From: Candidatus Woykebacteria bacterium RBG_13_40_15
Lineage (GTDB): Bacteria > Patescibacteriota > Microgenomatia > Woykebacterales > RBG-16-39-9b
Direction: 5' to 3'
Length of the DNA: 64,000 nt
NCBI GenBank assembly: GCA_001816655.1
Contig: MHCP01000028.1
Coordinates: forward strand, 30,309 to 94,308
Under the pieces are notes generated by a model. It did no database searches, was not told the DNA's origin, and saw nothing but the letters and a program-made list of their open reading frames with translations. Numbering within the stretch: the stretch's first letter is position 1; each line of letters begins with the position of its first letter. Shown here piece after piece: positions 28,002 to 37,746 of this stretch. Made by a program: the position numbers and the translations under genes.

Positions 28002-28865
28002 CTAAACACTAAAAATCGACAGAAGCACAATTCCCGCCAAAGTCAACACTATCCCTACGACTTGTTGTTTTGTAATTTTATCTTTAAAAAACAAAAAAGC
28101 CAAGATTATAAAAAGGGTTGGATTTGCCCCTGCAATCGGCGCAACGATGGTGACTAATCCTTTACTTATTCCAAAGAAGTAGCTAAATTCGGCAACACGA
28201 ACAAGAGCCGTTGAAGCTACTAGTGGCACAAAAGCCCGGTTTTTAGTAGGAAGTTCCAGAGTAAATCCCCTCATTTTTATATATAAAAACACTAAAGGAA
28301 AGAGCATTAAGGTAATATAATTGGGCCAAAACCAACCAACCTTACTAACTGGAATCTTTAACAACGCCATCCAAACGCCCCATGTCACCATTGTTACTAG
28401 TGCCAGGAAGGTTGCCCTATTTAAGAAGATGCCCTTGCTTCTAAGTTCGCTTAAATTAAGGCTCGAGAGAGTTACTCCGCCAAAAATGATAAGTATTGCG
28501 ACCAGCTGTTTAACCGATACCGGCTCGTGAAGAAACAAAACAGAAACTAAAACTACCACAGCCGGAAACGATGAAGCAATTGTTCCAACCACCGCTCTAT
28601 TCCCTATTTTTAGTGCTTCGTAGTAAATAATAGTCCCAAGAAGTAAACCTGCTATCCCAATACCAATAATAAAAATTAAGAGGCCAAAAGTTAGATTACC
28701 AAGATTGCCTGGTGCAAAAGGTGCAAAAAAGGTTAATACTATAGAACTTAAAGCGAAACCCCAAAAAACTAGAGAGTATGTTTTAAGTCTCCTGGCAACT
28801 ATAGCCTCGAGAAAGACTCCATTGCCCCAGGTGAAATAGGAAATTAGGCCAAAAATAATAGGCAT
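28002..28865 (-). CDS. DMT/EamA family transporter
   Basis: About 10 TM helices with duplicated EamA halves (YYEAL..G...V...I; FLHEPVS..Q; FFKDKIT..Q). Confidence 0.9.
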   Translation of the reverse strand: MPIIFGLISYFTWGNGVFLEAIVARRLKTYSLVFWGFALSSIVLTFFAPFAPGNLGNLTFGLLIFIIGIGIAGLLLGTIIYYEALKIGNRAVVGTIASSFPAVVVLVSVLFLHEPVSVKQLVAILIIFGGVTLSSLNLSELRSKGIFLNRATFLALVTMVTWGVWMALLKIPVSKVGWFWPNYITLMLFPLVFLYIKMRGFTLELPTKNRAFVPLVASTALVRVAEFSYFFGISKGLVTIVAPIAGANPTLFIILAFLFFKDKITKQQVVGIVLTLAGIVLLSIFSV

Positions 28866-28872
28866 CGGTTAG

Positions 28873-28904
28873 ATTGTACGGTTAGGGAGTCTTGTTGTCA
28901 AAAA
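28873..28904 (-). promoter_or_regulatory. Sigma70 promoter, duplicated (copy 1)
   Basis: TTGACA-17-TACAAT, identical to 29158-29189; ATG 7 nt downstream. Confidence 0.85.
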
Positions 28905-28907
28905 AAC

Positions 28908-29150
28908 TTAGGGGTACTTTCCCAAAATCTCGTTTAACTTACCCAAAAGAGGAGTTCGCCAATCGTCAAGAAGTTGGGTTCGAATCAAAGAAACCAGTTC
29001 CCGATCCGCTGGCGACAAATTTTTACTTTCGAGCTCTTTCACCTTTGCCAAAATCGCGTAATCCTCTTCTTTCGGCATCAGATAAGGTTTCTCGTCCTCT
29101 TCTGTTATCCCATATTTAATTCTCAACTTCTCTTTTTCTGCTTTTTCCAT
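28908..29150 (-). CDS. Hypothetical protein
   Basis: 80-aa ORF directly behind the duplicated leaderless promoter. Confidence 0.75.
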   Translation of the reverse strand: MEKAEKEKLRIKYGITEEDEKPYLMPKEEDYAILAKVKELESKNLSPADRELVSLIRTQLLDDWRTPLLGKLNEILGKYP

Positions 29151-29157
29151 AGTCTAA

Positions 29158-29189
29158 ATTGTACGGTTAGGGAGTCTTGTTGTCAAAAA
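29158..29189 (-). promoter_or_regulatory. Sigma70 promoter, duplicated (copy 2)
   Basis: Identical 32 bp to 28873-28904. Confidence 0.85.
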
Positions 29190-29197
29190 GGGAGGCT

Positions 29198-29710
29198 TTA
29201 TTTCTTTATTTTCTTTTTAAGATTCTCAAGAACTGAGATATACTTTTTAATTTGGTCGTTATCCCACTCGAATTGACTCAAGGCAACTTGTTTTGCGATT
29301 CTACCCTCTTTGTAACCATTTAAAGTATTCCAAGCCATGTTATCGGTTGTATAAGTAAAAAAATTCAACATTGAATCCATATCAGTAATCTCCCCTGAAT
29401 TTAAGAACTTGTACAGAAGCCCTCTTTGAAAAGCTTCCGATATAAAAAGTCTCTGAAGTTTATTAAATTTAAAAATAGTAAAAATGTTCTTATCGTCGGC
29501 GGCAATTTGCCTCAACATTTTATCAAAATCTTCTTTGTACGCTTTCAAAAATTCAATGTTGAACTCGAATTCTTTTTTCAGACTAACTAGTAAATCATTT
29601 TCGTTCATATTTTTTCTCCAGCGCTCTGTTAAGTAAAAAAGGGTTAGGGAAAAAATAAAAGCTAGTATTGCTCCGACAAAAGTAGACGTAGCCTGTGTCC
29701 AAAAATTCAT
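29198..29710 (-). CDS. Hypothetical protein with N-terminal TM
   Basis: AT-rich ORF; TATACT 6 nt before the ATG. Confidence 0.75.
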   Translation of the reverse strand: MNFWTQATSTFVGAILAFIFSLTLFYLTERWRKNMNENDLLVSLKKEFEFNIEFLKAYKEDFDKMLRQIAADDKNIFTIFKFNKLQRLFISEAFQRGLLYKFLNSGEITDMDSMLNFFTYTTDNMAWNTLNGYKEGRIAKQVALSQFEWDNDQIKKYISVLENLKKKIKK

Positions 29711-29746
29711 GAGAAAAGTATAGCACTTGGGGAGGAGGCGGGCAAA

Positions 29747-30208
29747 TTAGAGATTTAATTCCCTTCTCGATTGATCAGGAAAGTTTACTTCGTCAAAAAG
29801 GACGATTTGGCTTGGGACAACCTTGTAGAAATGGTGGTCTGTTACCCCCTCGACTATATCTTTTGGGGATAAGATAAATTTTGTTACAGTGGGAAACCTT
29901 TTGGCAAAAATCGCAAAGGCTTTGACTAGTTCAACACCTTTTACTTCGTGGCATTCTCCTTCAAACTGTAGCCCTCGTGTCTTATCGCCCAAAGTTTTGT
30001 GTGGTTTGACAATAGCACCGGCGACGTGAGGGTTTTTGGCAATTTCCAGGGAGTGGCGACGGTTAAAACGGGAAATAAAGTAGAGGTTGAAAGCACTATC
30101 GTAGGCAAACCAAACACTCGCTATCCAAGGTTTATTACCTTTGGCAGTAGCTATCTGCATTAAATTCGTTTCTTTCAAGTAATCTTTTATTAGTTTCTTC
30201 AAATCCAT
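29747..30208 (-). CDS. Pyridoxamine 5'-phosphate oxidase-like FMN-binding protein (YhbP-like)
   Basis: MQIAT....PW...VWF...LYFIS...RHS..I..NP.VAG.I...GLQFEG. Confidence 0.85.
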   Translation of the reverse strand: MDLKKLIKDYLKETNLMQIATAKGNKPWIASVWFAYDSAFNLYFISRFNRRHSLEIAKNPHVAGAIVKPHKTLGDKTRGLQFEGECHEVKGVELVKAFAIFAKRFPTVTKFILSPKDIVEGVTDHHFYKVVPSQIVLFDEVNFPDQSRRELNL

Positions 30209-30336
30209 GGAAGTGATTTTATCACTGATAGAGGTGTTGGGCAAATTAAAGTATGGTGGGGGGGGGAGAAGCGCTTCTCCATTCACTCCTACACCCCCAC
30301 CAGCGAGACGAAGGGCCTCTCATCCTTCGTCCGCCT

Positions 30337-30609
30337 TCAAACCGGATTTTCTCTTCTCTGCTCCTCCCTCTCCAACCACCGCTGCGTGGCTGCTAACAGA
30401 AGGGAGAGAACGCCGTAGATCAGGAGTATCCCTATTCCACTCCAGGCAGGCCATTTCCCGAAAATAGGGGCGGCGAGATAGACGAGGATTGAGACTCCTA
30501 CCCAGACAACTGTCCTCCAGCGTCCACGGAGCAGAAACGAAAGGGTCCCCGCTACACTAAGCAAGATTCGGTCCCAAATCGAAACACCCGCTCCTTCTTG
30601 CCAAATCAT
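30337..30609 (-). CDS. Small membrane protein (GC-rich orphan)
   Basis: AGGAGGTG SD; hydrophobic segments; downstream hairpin at 30255-30302. Confidence 0.6.
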   Translation of the reverse strand: MIWQEGAGVSIWDRILLSVAGTLSFLLRGRWRTVVWVGVSILVYLAAPIFGKWPAWSGIGILLIYGVLSLLLAATQRWLEREEQRRENPV

Positions 30610-30711
30610 CTCTCACCTCCTAGTAAGATCTGAAAATAATAATACTGCAATATGAAAGCTAAAAACAAGTCTGCTTGATTGGTAAATTTGCGTAGAATGG
30701 AAATAGTCCAA

Positions 30712-31284
30712 TTAGAGGTATTTTAATCCGCTGCTTTCCAAAATCTCCCACTTACCGTCATTTTTCGCAGTCTTTACCCAACCATAATGATCAATATGAA
30801 TTACGCCCCCTTGAAATCCAAGGCCAGCGCGGATTACTCCCATGTGGGTTAGAACTAATTTTGTCTTCTCTTTTCTCTGCCAGATTTTTTCGAACGCCCC
30901 CTTTACTCTTTTTACAAAATCATCCTCTTTCTCTGCCCCCTCAATATCTTGGAAAGATTCTATTTTCTTAACAAGCTCGGGGTATTTTTCTCTTGCCGCT
31001 TCTTTTGTCATACCGGAAAGTGCCCCGTAGCGATTCTTCTCACGCAAATCATTTTCAAAATCTAGCGAGACTCCCAGTTTTTGGGCAATTATTGTCGCTG
31101 GATTTTTGGCGCGAAGATAGGGGCTCGCGATTACTATTTCAATTCCTTTTTCTTTAAAAGTTTCGGCAAAGCTTGCCGCATCCTTCAAACTTTTTTCAGT
31201 CGGCTCATGGTCAGCAGACCCACCATACAGATTTTCAACATCATCAAGAGCTTCCCCATGCCGAACCAGGTAAAGGATTTTCAT
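30712..31284 (-). CDS. Histidine phosphatase family protein
   Basis: LYLVRHGE, SPYLRA, LRE..YG, LVLTH.G. Confidence 0.92.
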   Translation of the reverse strand: MKILYLVRHGEALDDVENLYGGSADHEPTEKSLKDAASFAETFKEKGIEIVIASPYLRAKNPATIIAQKLGVSLDFENDLREKNRYGALSGMTKEAAREKYPELVKKIESFQDIEGAEKEDDFVKRVKGAFEKIWQRKEKTKLVLTHMGVIRAGLGFQGGVIHIDHYGWVKTAKNDGKWEILESSGLKYL

Positions 31285-31538
31285 CTCAAAACCTTTATTA
31301 TCTCTTCTCGGCTAAAGCCAAAACTTTCAATCTCCTTTACAAGATCTTCCCGAAACGATTTGTAGTAATCGCCATGCCAATACTGAATCATTATGAAAGG
31401 CGGTTGAGGCTTCTTAGGTCTTCTTGTGGGATAAATTGCTTTCGCGTGACTTCCTTTTCCTTTACTTTTGTCAATTATAAACCCGAGCTTTTTTAAAGCT
31501 TTGAGAAGTTCTCTTGTACCAAAGGTGGGAGTTTCCAT
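31281..31538 (-). CDS. HicA-family mRNA interferase toxin
   Basis: ELLKALKKLGF...GKGSH. Confidence 0.75.
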   Translation of the reverse strand: METPTFGTRELLKALKKLGFIIDKSKGKGSHAKAIYPTRRPKKPQPPFIMIQYWHGDYYKSFREDLVKEIESFGFSREEIIKVLR

Positions 31539-31539
31539 T

Positions 31540-31854
31540 TCAACAAGTGACCGCACATCTTCGATAGGCTTCTACGTTTGTGGTAGCAGAAAGTACTTTT
31601 GCGGCCTCGATTGATTCAAGTTTTCTAGCCTCGGGAATATAAAGGAGGGTTTCATCAATTTCCTTCCGGGGCACGTCGAAATAAGTAAGTATAGCGTCGG
31701 TAATATTATCCGCAAGCTGAACAACACTAGCGGCCTGTGTATGACACCCTGGAAGTTCTGGAAAAGTAGCGTAAAAACCACCTTCCGGCACTCGTTGGAT
31801 TTTAACCAGGACTCTTTTAGGTAGTTTGTACTTCTCGACAATATTTTTTGACAT
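31540..31854 (-). CDS. HicB-family antitoxin
   Basis: EGGFYATFPELPGCHTQA...NITDAI. Confidence 0.85.
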   Translation of the reverse strand: MSKNIVEKYKLPKRVLVKIQRVPEGGFYATFPELPGCHTQAASVVQLADNITDAILTYFDVPRKEIDETLLYIPEARKLESIEAAKVLSATTNVEAYRRCAVTC

Positions 31855-31906
31855 AAAAACCTAGTATACCACCAGTATATAAGTTTTTTGAATAGGCAAG
31901 CAAGAG

Positions 31907-32431
31907 TTATTTAATAATTTTGTAATACAGCTGGATTTCGTTTTTGGAGAGGTTTTTTACCTCGAGTAATTCCAGCTTTGTTTCAAAATCGCCCTCGGCA
32001 AAAAGGCGGATTCCTTTTCCGAAAATAACCGGTTCTATATCCAAATAAATTTCATTGACCAGCCCCTCTTTCAGAAAACTGGCATTCAACCCACCTCCAC
32101 CGCACACCATAATAGTTTCAAACCCTTGATTGCGAAGAATACCCAAGGCCTCGCGGGGTGATTTGGCGGTAAAAATAAACTCTGGATTGTGAACTTGCAA
32201 TGATGCGTCGTCTGTTACCACCACAGTTTTTATCTGGTTGAACTGAGATCTGTTAAATTCATCGTTCTTGAGCATAATTTCATAAGTCCGCCTGCCAATA
32301 ATCATATTTCCCGCTTTCTTAATCATGCCACTATAACTTTCCCATTCCGTTTCAGTAACCCAGGTGGTGTCGTCATCTTCTTTGGCAATAAACCCATTTA
32401 CCGTCGGCGCCATGTAGAGAATTACTTTCAT
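31907..32431 (-). CDS. Dihydrofolate reductase / RibD C-terminal family protein
   Basis: YMA.TVNGFIA, IIGRRTYE, GGGGLN.SFL..GLV.EI...IEPVIFGKGIRLF. Confidence 0.88.
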   Translation of the reverse strand: MKVILYMAPTVNGFIAKEDDDTTWVTETEWESYSGMIKKAGNMIIGRRTYEIMLKNDEFNRSQFNQIKTVVVTDDASLQVHNPEFIFTAKSPREALGILRNQGFETIMVCGGGGLNASFLKEGLVNEIYLDIEPVIFGKGIRLFAEGDFETKLELLEVKNLSKNEIQLYYKIIK

Positions 32432-32877
32432 TTCTTCCTCCCAGCCTTCAATCTGTAAACGTGGGTGTCTCTTTTTTCAAACCCAAGTGATTCATATAGA
32501 CTGTGGGCAGCTAACCTATCGGGGGTGCTAGTTAGATCAATTGTCTCCACCGCTAGCTCCTCTACAAGAGCAATCGCTACTTTTGACAACTCCCTTCCAA
32601 TTCCCTGCCTTCGAAAAGGCTCATCTACAACCACATCCTCAATAAACATCTTTTTTCTTGATGGAAAATGAAAAAAACCGCTCGTCAGCATCCCAACTAG
32701 CGCTTTGTCCCTGAAAGCAAGGAAAAGTCTCACATGAGGTTGCTCTGAAAGCTTTTTTAGCTCTTCTTTATTTATAGGCGTCAAATCCGGATCAAGTTGG
32801 CAACGAAGGTTATTTATTTTTTCTAGCAAGGAATCGGTTATAAGTTCTGGTGATAAAACTTTAATTTCCATCGGCAT
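32428..32877 (-). CDS. GNAT family N-acetyltransferase
   Basis: IEDVVVD..FRRQGIG; LTS.P.R.AA..LYESLGF. Confidence 0.9.
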   Translation of the reverse strand: MPMEIKVLSPELITDSLLEKINNLRCQLDPDLTPINKEELKKLSEQPHVRLFLAFRDKALVGMLTSGFFHFPSRKKMFIEDVVVDEPFRRQGIGRELSKVAIALVEELAVETIDLTSTPDRLAAHSLYESLGFEKRDTHVYRLKAGRKK

Positions 32878-32884
32878 TCGTTCT

Positions 32885-34111
32885 TTAAAGAGCAGAGATT
32901 TTTACTAACCTAGTTTCTTTTTCGTTTCTTTTCTTTACTTCAATCGATTCTTTTTCGATAGTTTTTTCAGAAACTACCCAACGCTGCGGTATGCCAATCA
33001 GATCTGCATCTGCAAGCTTCACACCAGGACTTTCTTCCCGGTCGTCAAACAATACCTCAACACCTTTTTTGATTAATTTTTCGTAAACTTCGTTAGCTTT
33101 TTTAACAGCATCACTATTTGTTCCAATAGAAACCAGATGAATTTTGTACGGAGCAACTTCCTCTGGCCAAACTAGTCCAGCTTCGTCATTGCAAACTTCC
33201 GCAACAGTCCCCATTACTCTACCAATCCCAATTCCATAACAACCCATTATTATTGGTTTTTCCTTACCGTCTTTGTCAACAAAAGCAGCCCCCAAAGCTT
33301 GCGAATATTTTGTTCCAAGAGAAAACACCTGCCCCGCCTCAATAGCGCGTGTTTTTTCAAGTTTCTTTCCGCAATCCGAGCAAGTTTCTTTTACTCCTTT
33401 TTCCGCCATATACTGTTCATTGATCGCGTAACCGCAAGGACAGAAATAAACGGTATCTTCTCCAACAGGGGCTGGGACTTGAAATTCATAGGTTACGTCT
33501 CCCCCAATAGCCCCACCTGGGGCCAAGGTAATTAAAACTTTCAGACCAAGTCTTGCAAAGATTTTTTCGTAGGCTTCAATTACTTTTTTAAAATATTTAT
33601 CAAAATCTTCTTTTGTTGCGTGAAATGAGTAGAGATCTTTCATAAAAAATTCACGAGTCCGAAGTAAACCGCCGGTCGCTCTCTGTTCATTACGAAACTT
33701 ATCCTGTATTTGGTAAGCAGCCGTAGGTAAATCTTTGTAGCTTTTTATAAATCTGCGGGCAAGATCTGTAATTACTTCCTCATGAGTTGGCCCCAGAGCA
33801 TATTCTTTTTCGTGGCGGTCTTTTACTTTAAATAACGGCGGGTCCATACTTTCCCACCGACCAGACTCAACCCATAAATTTTTTGGGGAAAGAACCGGCA
33901 TTGAAAATTCAGCCGCGCCCAAGGCATTCATTTCCTCGCGAATAATATTTTCAATTTTTGAGTGAACCAGCCAACCAAGAGGTAAAAAATTGTAGATTCC
34001 AGCCGAGAGCTGATCGATAAATCCAGCTTTCGCTAAAAGCCTATGGGAGGTACTTTCCGCATCTTTCGGTGATTCCCTCAAAGTTTTTCCAAAAAGTTTC
34101 GAATAACGCAT
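32885..34111 (-). CDS. proS: Proline--tRNA ligase (short form without editing domain)
   Basis: SHRLL.KAGFI, LGPTHEE, YQIQ.KFRNE.R..GGLLRTREF.MKD.YSFH, MGCYGIGI.R. Confidence 0.96.
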   Translation of the reverse strand: MRYSKLFGKTLRESPKDAESTSHRLLAKAGFIDQLSAGIYNFLPLGWLVHSKIENIIREEMNALGAAEFSMPVLSPKNLWVESGRWESMDPPLFKVKDRHEKEYALGPTHEEVITDLARRFIKSYKDLPTAAYQIQDKFRNEQRATGGLLRTREFFMKDLYSFHATKEDFDKYFKKVIEAYEKIFARLGLKVLITLAPGGAIGGDVTYEFQVPAPVGEDTVYFCPCGYAINEQYMAEKGVKETCSDCGKKLEKTRAIEAGQVFSLGTKYSQALGAAFVDKDGKEKPIIMGCYGIGIGRVMGTVAEVCNDEAGLVWPEEVAPYKIHLVSIGTNSDAVKKANEVYEKLIKKGVEVLFDDREESPGVKLADADLIGIPQRWVVSEKTIEKESIEVKKRNEKETRLVKISAL

Positions 34112-34160
34112 ACTTTCAATATTTATATAACAAAGGAGCTAGCTTAGCAAGCAAGTCCTA

Positions 34161-35306
34161 TTAGCCAAAGATTAACATTCGAATGTCATTGAACGTCAAT
34201 AAAATAAATAGTAAGATCAAAAACATAAAACCTACTGTGTTGACCCACCTTTCAATACTTTCATTTACTTTAACCCTGAAAACCCCTTCAATAAGAGCAA
34301 AGATCAGTCTACCCCCATCTGCCGCTGGAATTGGCAAGAGATTTATTACTCCAAGCATCAAACTAATAAGCCCAACAACCATAACTATCGTCCAAGTGGC
34401 TGAAGCTCCGGCTTGGCCAATAAATTTACCAAGAAATGCAACGATTCCAACAGGACCGTGGGCCGCATTGGAAACAGGGGCAGCAGAATGCTCCTCTATT
34501 GATTGGTTAACCAAACTAGTTATACCAACATACTGCTCGTAAATCATATTCCCTGCATGAAGGGGGCCAACAAATACTTTATCTGCAATGGAAGAGTATC
34601 TTATGACATAAAAACTACCCAAGCCTACACCCAAAGGGCCTTGATCACTTGGTGGGTTTACTCTTGGAACAAGTGTCACGGCCTTGGTTCGACTCGAGTT
34701 AAAATCTCGGACAAGCAGGATCATCTCTTTACCTTTATTTTGATCAACAATATTTTGAAGGTCGCTCACCGAAGAAGGAGTTTTACCATTAACACTTAAT
34801 ACTTCATCTGGAGGCGCGATTCCAGCTTTTTCAGCCGGAGAATTCTCATCAACTGCAACAATTAATATTGATTCTGATTGCGAGCCAAAAGGAAACTTCA
34901 AGTTCAGCGGCGCACCACTTGTAGGAATAGATGTAGGCGCTTCGAACTGAAAGTGATTAAAGGCCAAGGTGAGTGTAAAAAGAGTGAAGGCAACCAAGAC
35001 ATTCATAAATACCCCCGCCACTAAAACAGCACTTCGTGTCCAAGGCCCTTTAGAAGAGAGACTACGCTCGCTACTCTCTCCGCCATCTTCCCCAAGAAGT
35101 CTAACAAAACCACCAGCGGGAACTGCATTTATCGAATAGATAGTCTCCCCAATTTTCTTTCCCCAAAGCCGCGGAGGAAAACCAAAACCAAATTCCTCCA
35201 CTTTTACGCCAAATAATTTTGCAGCAAAAAAGTGGCCTGATTCGTGGGCAAAAATTATTAAGCCCAGGAGAATTATGGCAATTACGATCCCAAAAAATAA
35301 AGTCAT
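34161..35306 (-). CDS. rseP: RseP-like site-2 protease (M50) with PDZ domain
   Basis: HESGHF, FGFGFPP, GGFVRL.GE, PDZ, NLLPIPA.DGGR. Confidence 0.9.
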   Translation of the reverse strand: MTLFFGIVIAIILLGLIIFAHESGHFFAAKLFGVKVEEFGFGFPPRLWGKKIGETIYSINAVPAGGFVRLLGEDGGESSERSLSSKGPWTRSAVLVAGVFMNVLVAFTLFTLTLAFNHFQFEAPTSIPTSGAPLNLKFPFGSQSESILIVAVDENSPAEKAGIAPPDEVLSVNGKTPSSVSDLQNIVDQNKGKEMILLVRDFNSSRTKAVTLVPRVNPPSDQGPLGVGLGSFYVIRYSSIADKVFVGPLHAGNMIYEQYVGITSLVNQSIEEHSAAPVSNAAHGPVGIVAFLGKFIGQAGASATWTIVMVVGLISLMLGVINLLPIPAADGGRLIFALIEGVFRVKVNESIERWVNTVGFMFLILLFILLTFNDIRMLIFG

Positions 35307-35309
35307 AAG

Positions 35310-35870
35310 TTAAACTTGGAGGATTTCTTTTTCTTTCCCTTTTGCTATATTCTCTATCTCGCCGGAGAAACCTTCTGTAATTTTTTGAATTTCTTCGTCC
35401 TTGCGAAATCTATCGTCCTCAGAGATTTTCTTACTCTTTTCTAGCTTATCAATTTCTTCTATTGCTTCTCTTCGAATTTGTCGAACTGCTACCCTTGCGC
35501 TTTCAGTCCGCTCGTTTACTAGCTTTATCATTTCTTTTCTTCTTTCTTCGTTCAAGGGGGGAATTGCGACTCTGATTAAATTTCCCTCTGCAACAGGATT
35601 TAAACCAATATTTGCATCTCTTATTGCCTTTTCAATTAAAGAAAGGTTGTTTTGATCCCAAATTTGGACAACCAAAAGACGAGGCTCGGGAGCATTGATA
35701 GAAGCTAAATCGCGGAGATTCATTTTCGTTCCATAAGCTTCAACTTTAATCTCTTCCAAAAGGGATGGGTTTGCTCTGCCAGTCCTCACACCTACAAGCT
35801 CTCCGTGCAGATGTTCCAAGGCTTTCTGCATGCGTTCTTTTGTTTCTTTTAACAAATGATCCAAATCCAT
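35310..35870 (-). CDS. frr: Ribosome recycling factor
   Basis: RTGRANP, IPPLNEERRKE, RVAVRQIRR. Confidence 0.97.
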   Translation of the reverse strand: MDLDHLLKETKERMQKALEHLHGELVGVRTGRANPSLLEEIKVEAYGTKMNLRDLASINAPEPRLLVVQIWDQNNLSLIEKAIRDANIGLNPVAEGNLIRVAIPPLNEERRKEMIKLVNERTESARVAVRQIRREAIEEIDKLEKSKKISEDDRFRKDEEIQKITEGFSGEIENIAKGKEKEILQV

Positions 35871-35875
35871 ACGAA

Positions 35876-36340
35876 TTATTTTAATTGATCTGAGAGCGAA
35901 AAGCGAGATATTCTCTTGACCTGAATATTTTCTCCGGTTTTTGCGATTACTTCAGCGACCAAATCAGTGATCTTTTTTTCGCTATCGCGTATGTACTCTT
36001 GATCGAGAAGTTCTTCAACGCTCTGTGGATCCATTGCTGCAACTTGCATTGCGAGTTCGCGTGCTAAGGTTTTAAATTCGTCGGTTCTGGCGACAAAATC
36101 TGTCTCACAAGCCAAATGAACCATCGCCCCTACTCTTGCATCGGAATGAATGTAGGATTCGATAATACCTTGGGCTGTTTCACGCTCTGCTCGCTTTTCG
36201 ACTTTTTCGAGACCTTTTTGTTTCAAAATTTCTTTAGCTTCTTTGACGTTGCCGTCAGTTTCCATCAAAGCCCGTCTTATTTCCATTACTGGCGCTCCTG
36301 TTTCTTCCCTCAAGTTTTTTACTTCTGCTGCTGTTACCAT
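35876..36340 (-). CDS. tsf: Elongation factor Ts (short form)
   Basis: VK.LREETGA, CETDFVAR, LAMQVAAM.P, GENI.V.R..RF. Confidence 0.95.
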   Translation of the reverse strand: MVTAAEVKNLREETGAPVMEIRRALMETDGNVKEAKEILKQKGLEKVEKRAERETAQGIIESYIHSDARVGAMVHLACETDFVARTDEFKTLARELAMQVAAMDPQSVEELLDQEYIRDSEKKITDLVAEVIAKTGENIQVKRISRFSLSDQLK

Positions 36341-36368
36341 AAACCTCCTATTGTTAGTAAAAATTTCC

Positions 36369-36452
36369 TAGCCCACGTTAGTGGTCGCAGCTTTCGAAAG
36401 TACCCAAATTACTTTTGCGATTAGCAAACGAATTTGGTTACGGAGAATGCTA
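36369..36452 (+). repeat. Dispersed structured repeat family A, copy 3 (overlaps the rpsB stop codon)
   Basis: TAGCCCACGTTAGTGGTCGCAG...AAGTACC...GTTACGGAG...CTA. Confidence 0.85.
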
Positions 36453-37190
36453 TACTTTTGCTTCCTCGGCTACTTTCTTTACTTCTGCAACCTTTTCTTT
36501 CTTTTCGTGAAGGCTTCTGCCCTCTTTATAAAAGAGGGCGATTGTTTTAACAAGCAAAGAAACCGACTTTACAGAATCATCATTAGCGGCAACGGGATAA
36601 TTTACCTTTGTCGGATCCCCATTTGTATCGACCAAAGCAACGATTGGAATACCCATTTTATTTGCCTCACGAACCGCATTATCTTCTCTCTTGGCATCAA
36701 TAATAAAAAGGCAATCTGGAAGACGGTCCAAGCTCCTTATACCACCTAAAACTCGTATTAATTTGTCAATTTCCCGCTGCATAAGAAGCTGCTCTTTTTT
36801 TGTGTAGCGTCCCTCTGCAGTTTTTAACTCTTCCTCTAGATTTCCTAGTTTTTCGATTGTTTTTTTAACAGAATCAAAATTGGTTAAAAGCCCACCAAAC
36901 CAACGCTCCGTAAGAAACATTGCACCAGCTTCTTTTGCAGCCCCTTCTACAATCTCAGAAAGCTGCCTTTTGGTCGAAAGAAATAAAACAACGCCGCCAC
37001 GACTTGCTACTTCTTTTATAAATTCTGCCGCCCTCTCTAGTTGCTTTTCAGTTTTTTCTAAATCAATAATGTGGATACCAGATTGCTGGCCAAAAATATA
37101 TGGACTCATTTTTGGATTCCATCTTTTCGATTGATGGCCGAAATGAGCACCAGAATCAAGTAATTCTTCCATTGAAGGTAACTTTGCCAT
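36450..37190 (-). CDS. rpsB: 30S ribosomal protein S2
   Basis: GAHFGH...WNPKM, RWFGGLLTNF, VDTN.DP, ANDD. Confidence 0.98.
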   Translation of the reverse strand: MAKLPSMEELLDSGAHFGHQSKRWNPKMSPYIFGQQSGIHIIDLEKTEKQLERAAEFIKEVASRGGVVLFLSTKRQLSEIVEGAAKEAGAMFLTERWFGGLLTNFDSVKKTIEKLGNLEEELKTAEGRYTKKEQLLMQREIDKLIRVLGGIRSLDRLPDCLFIIDAKREDNAVREANKMGIPIVALVDTNGDPTKVNYPVAANDDSVKSVSLLVKTIALFYKEGRSLHEKKEKVAEVKKVAEEAKV

Positions 37191-37266
37191 AATGACTCGC
37201 ACAATGATAGCAAAATTGTATACAAAAGCGCAAGGGTCACTTCATACAAGACGAAGTGACCCGGCC

Positions 37267-37587
37267 TTACGTTGTGTTCTCCTCCTCCTTCAGCTTATCA
37301 CACACCTCCTTCCAATCTATAACGTCCCCGAATCTGGCAACGATCTGAGCAGCAGGAACTAGTAGGGAAACTGAGTGATCGTCGTCTGAAACCCTAAACT
37401 TCCAGAAAGTGCCTTTAGGGTTTATAGTCCGCCCCACGTCTATTATGGTAAAGCCTTGGTCCTTAAACGCCAGTAGAACACTTAGCTTAATTGTTTTACG
37501 CTTATTGGGCAGCTTTATTGGTGGTGGGGCACTCTTTTGTTTCCCTCTCCGGACAGGACCTGACTTGGTAGTTTTTTTTCTTACCAC
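37267..37587 (-). CDS. Hypothetical basic protein (orphan)
   Basis: GGGAGAGG SD before GTG; downstream hairpin GGGTCACTTC...GAAGTGACCC. Confidence 0.55.
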   Translation of the reverse strand: MVRKKTTKSGPVRRGKQKSAPPPIKLPNKRKTIKLSVLLAFKDQGFTIIDVGRTINPKGTFWKFRVSDDDHSVSLLVPAAQIVARFGDVIDWKEVCDKLKEEENTT

Positions 37588-37746
37588 TAACCTCTCCCCT
37601 TGCTCTATTGTTAACGAAAACAAGTCGTTTTATGTCTCATTTTTGATATTGACACACCGATGTTATTTTTGAGAAGTAGGTAAATTTGATTGAGGAGTAA
37701 GTAAAAACTAAAAACACTTATTATTGCGGATATAAGTTAATTAAAC

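Noticed and set aside
30253-30303. tRNA or tRNA fragment ending in CCACCA
   Set aside because: No T-loop, D-loop or cloverleaf; it is a simple GC-rich hairpin after the 30337 ORF.
27162-32877. Integron cassette array
   Set aside because: No attC-like RYYYAAC...GTTRRRY sites and no tyrosine recombinase seen.
35310-36340. Missing pyrH and short EF-Ts as a novel feature
   Set aside because: Consistent with ordinary genome reduction; used only as a taxonomic hint.
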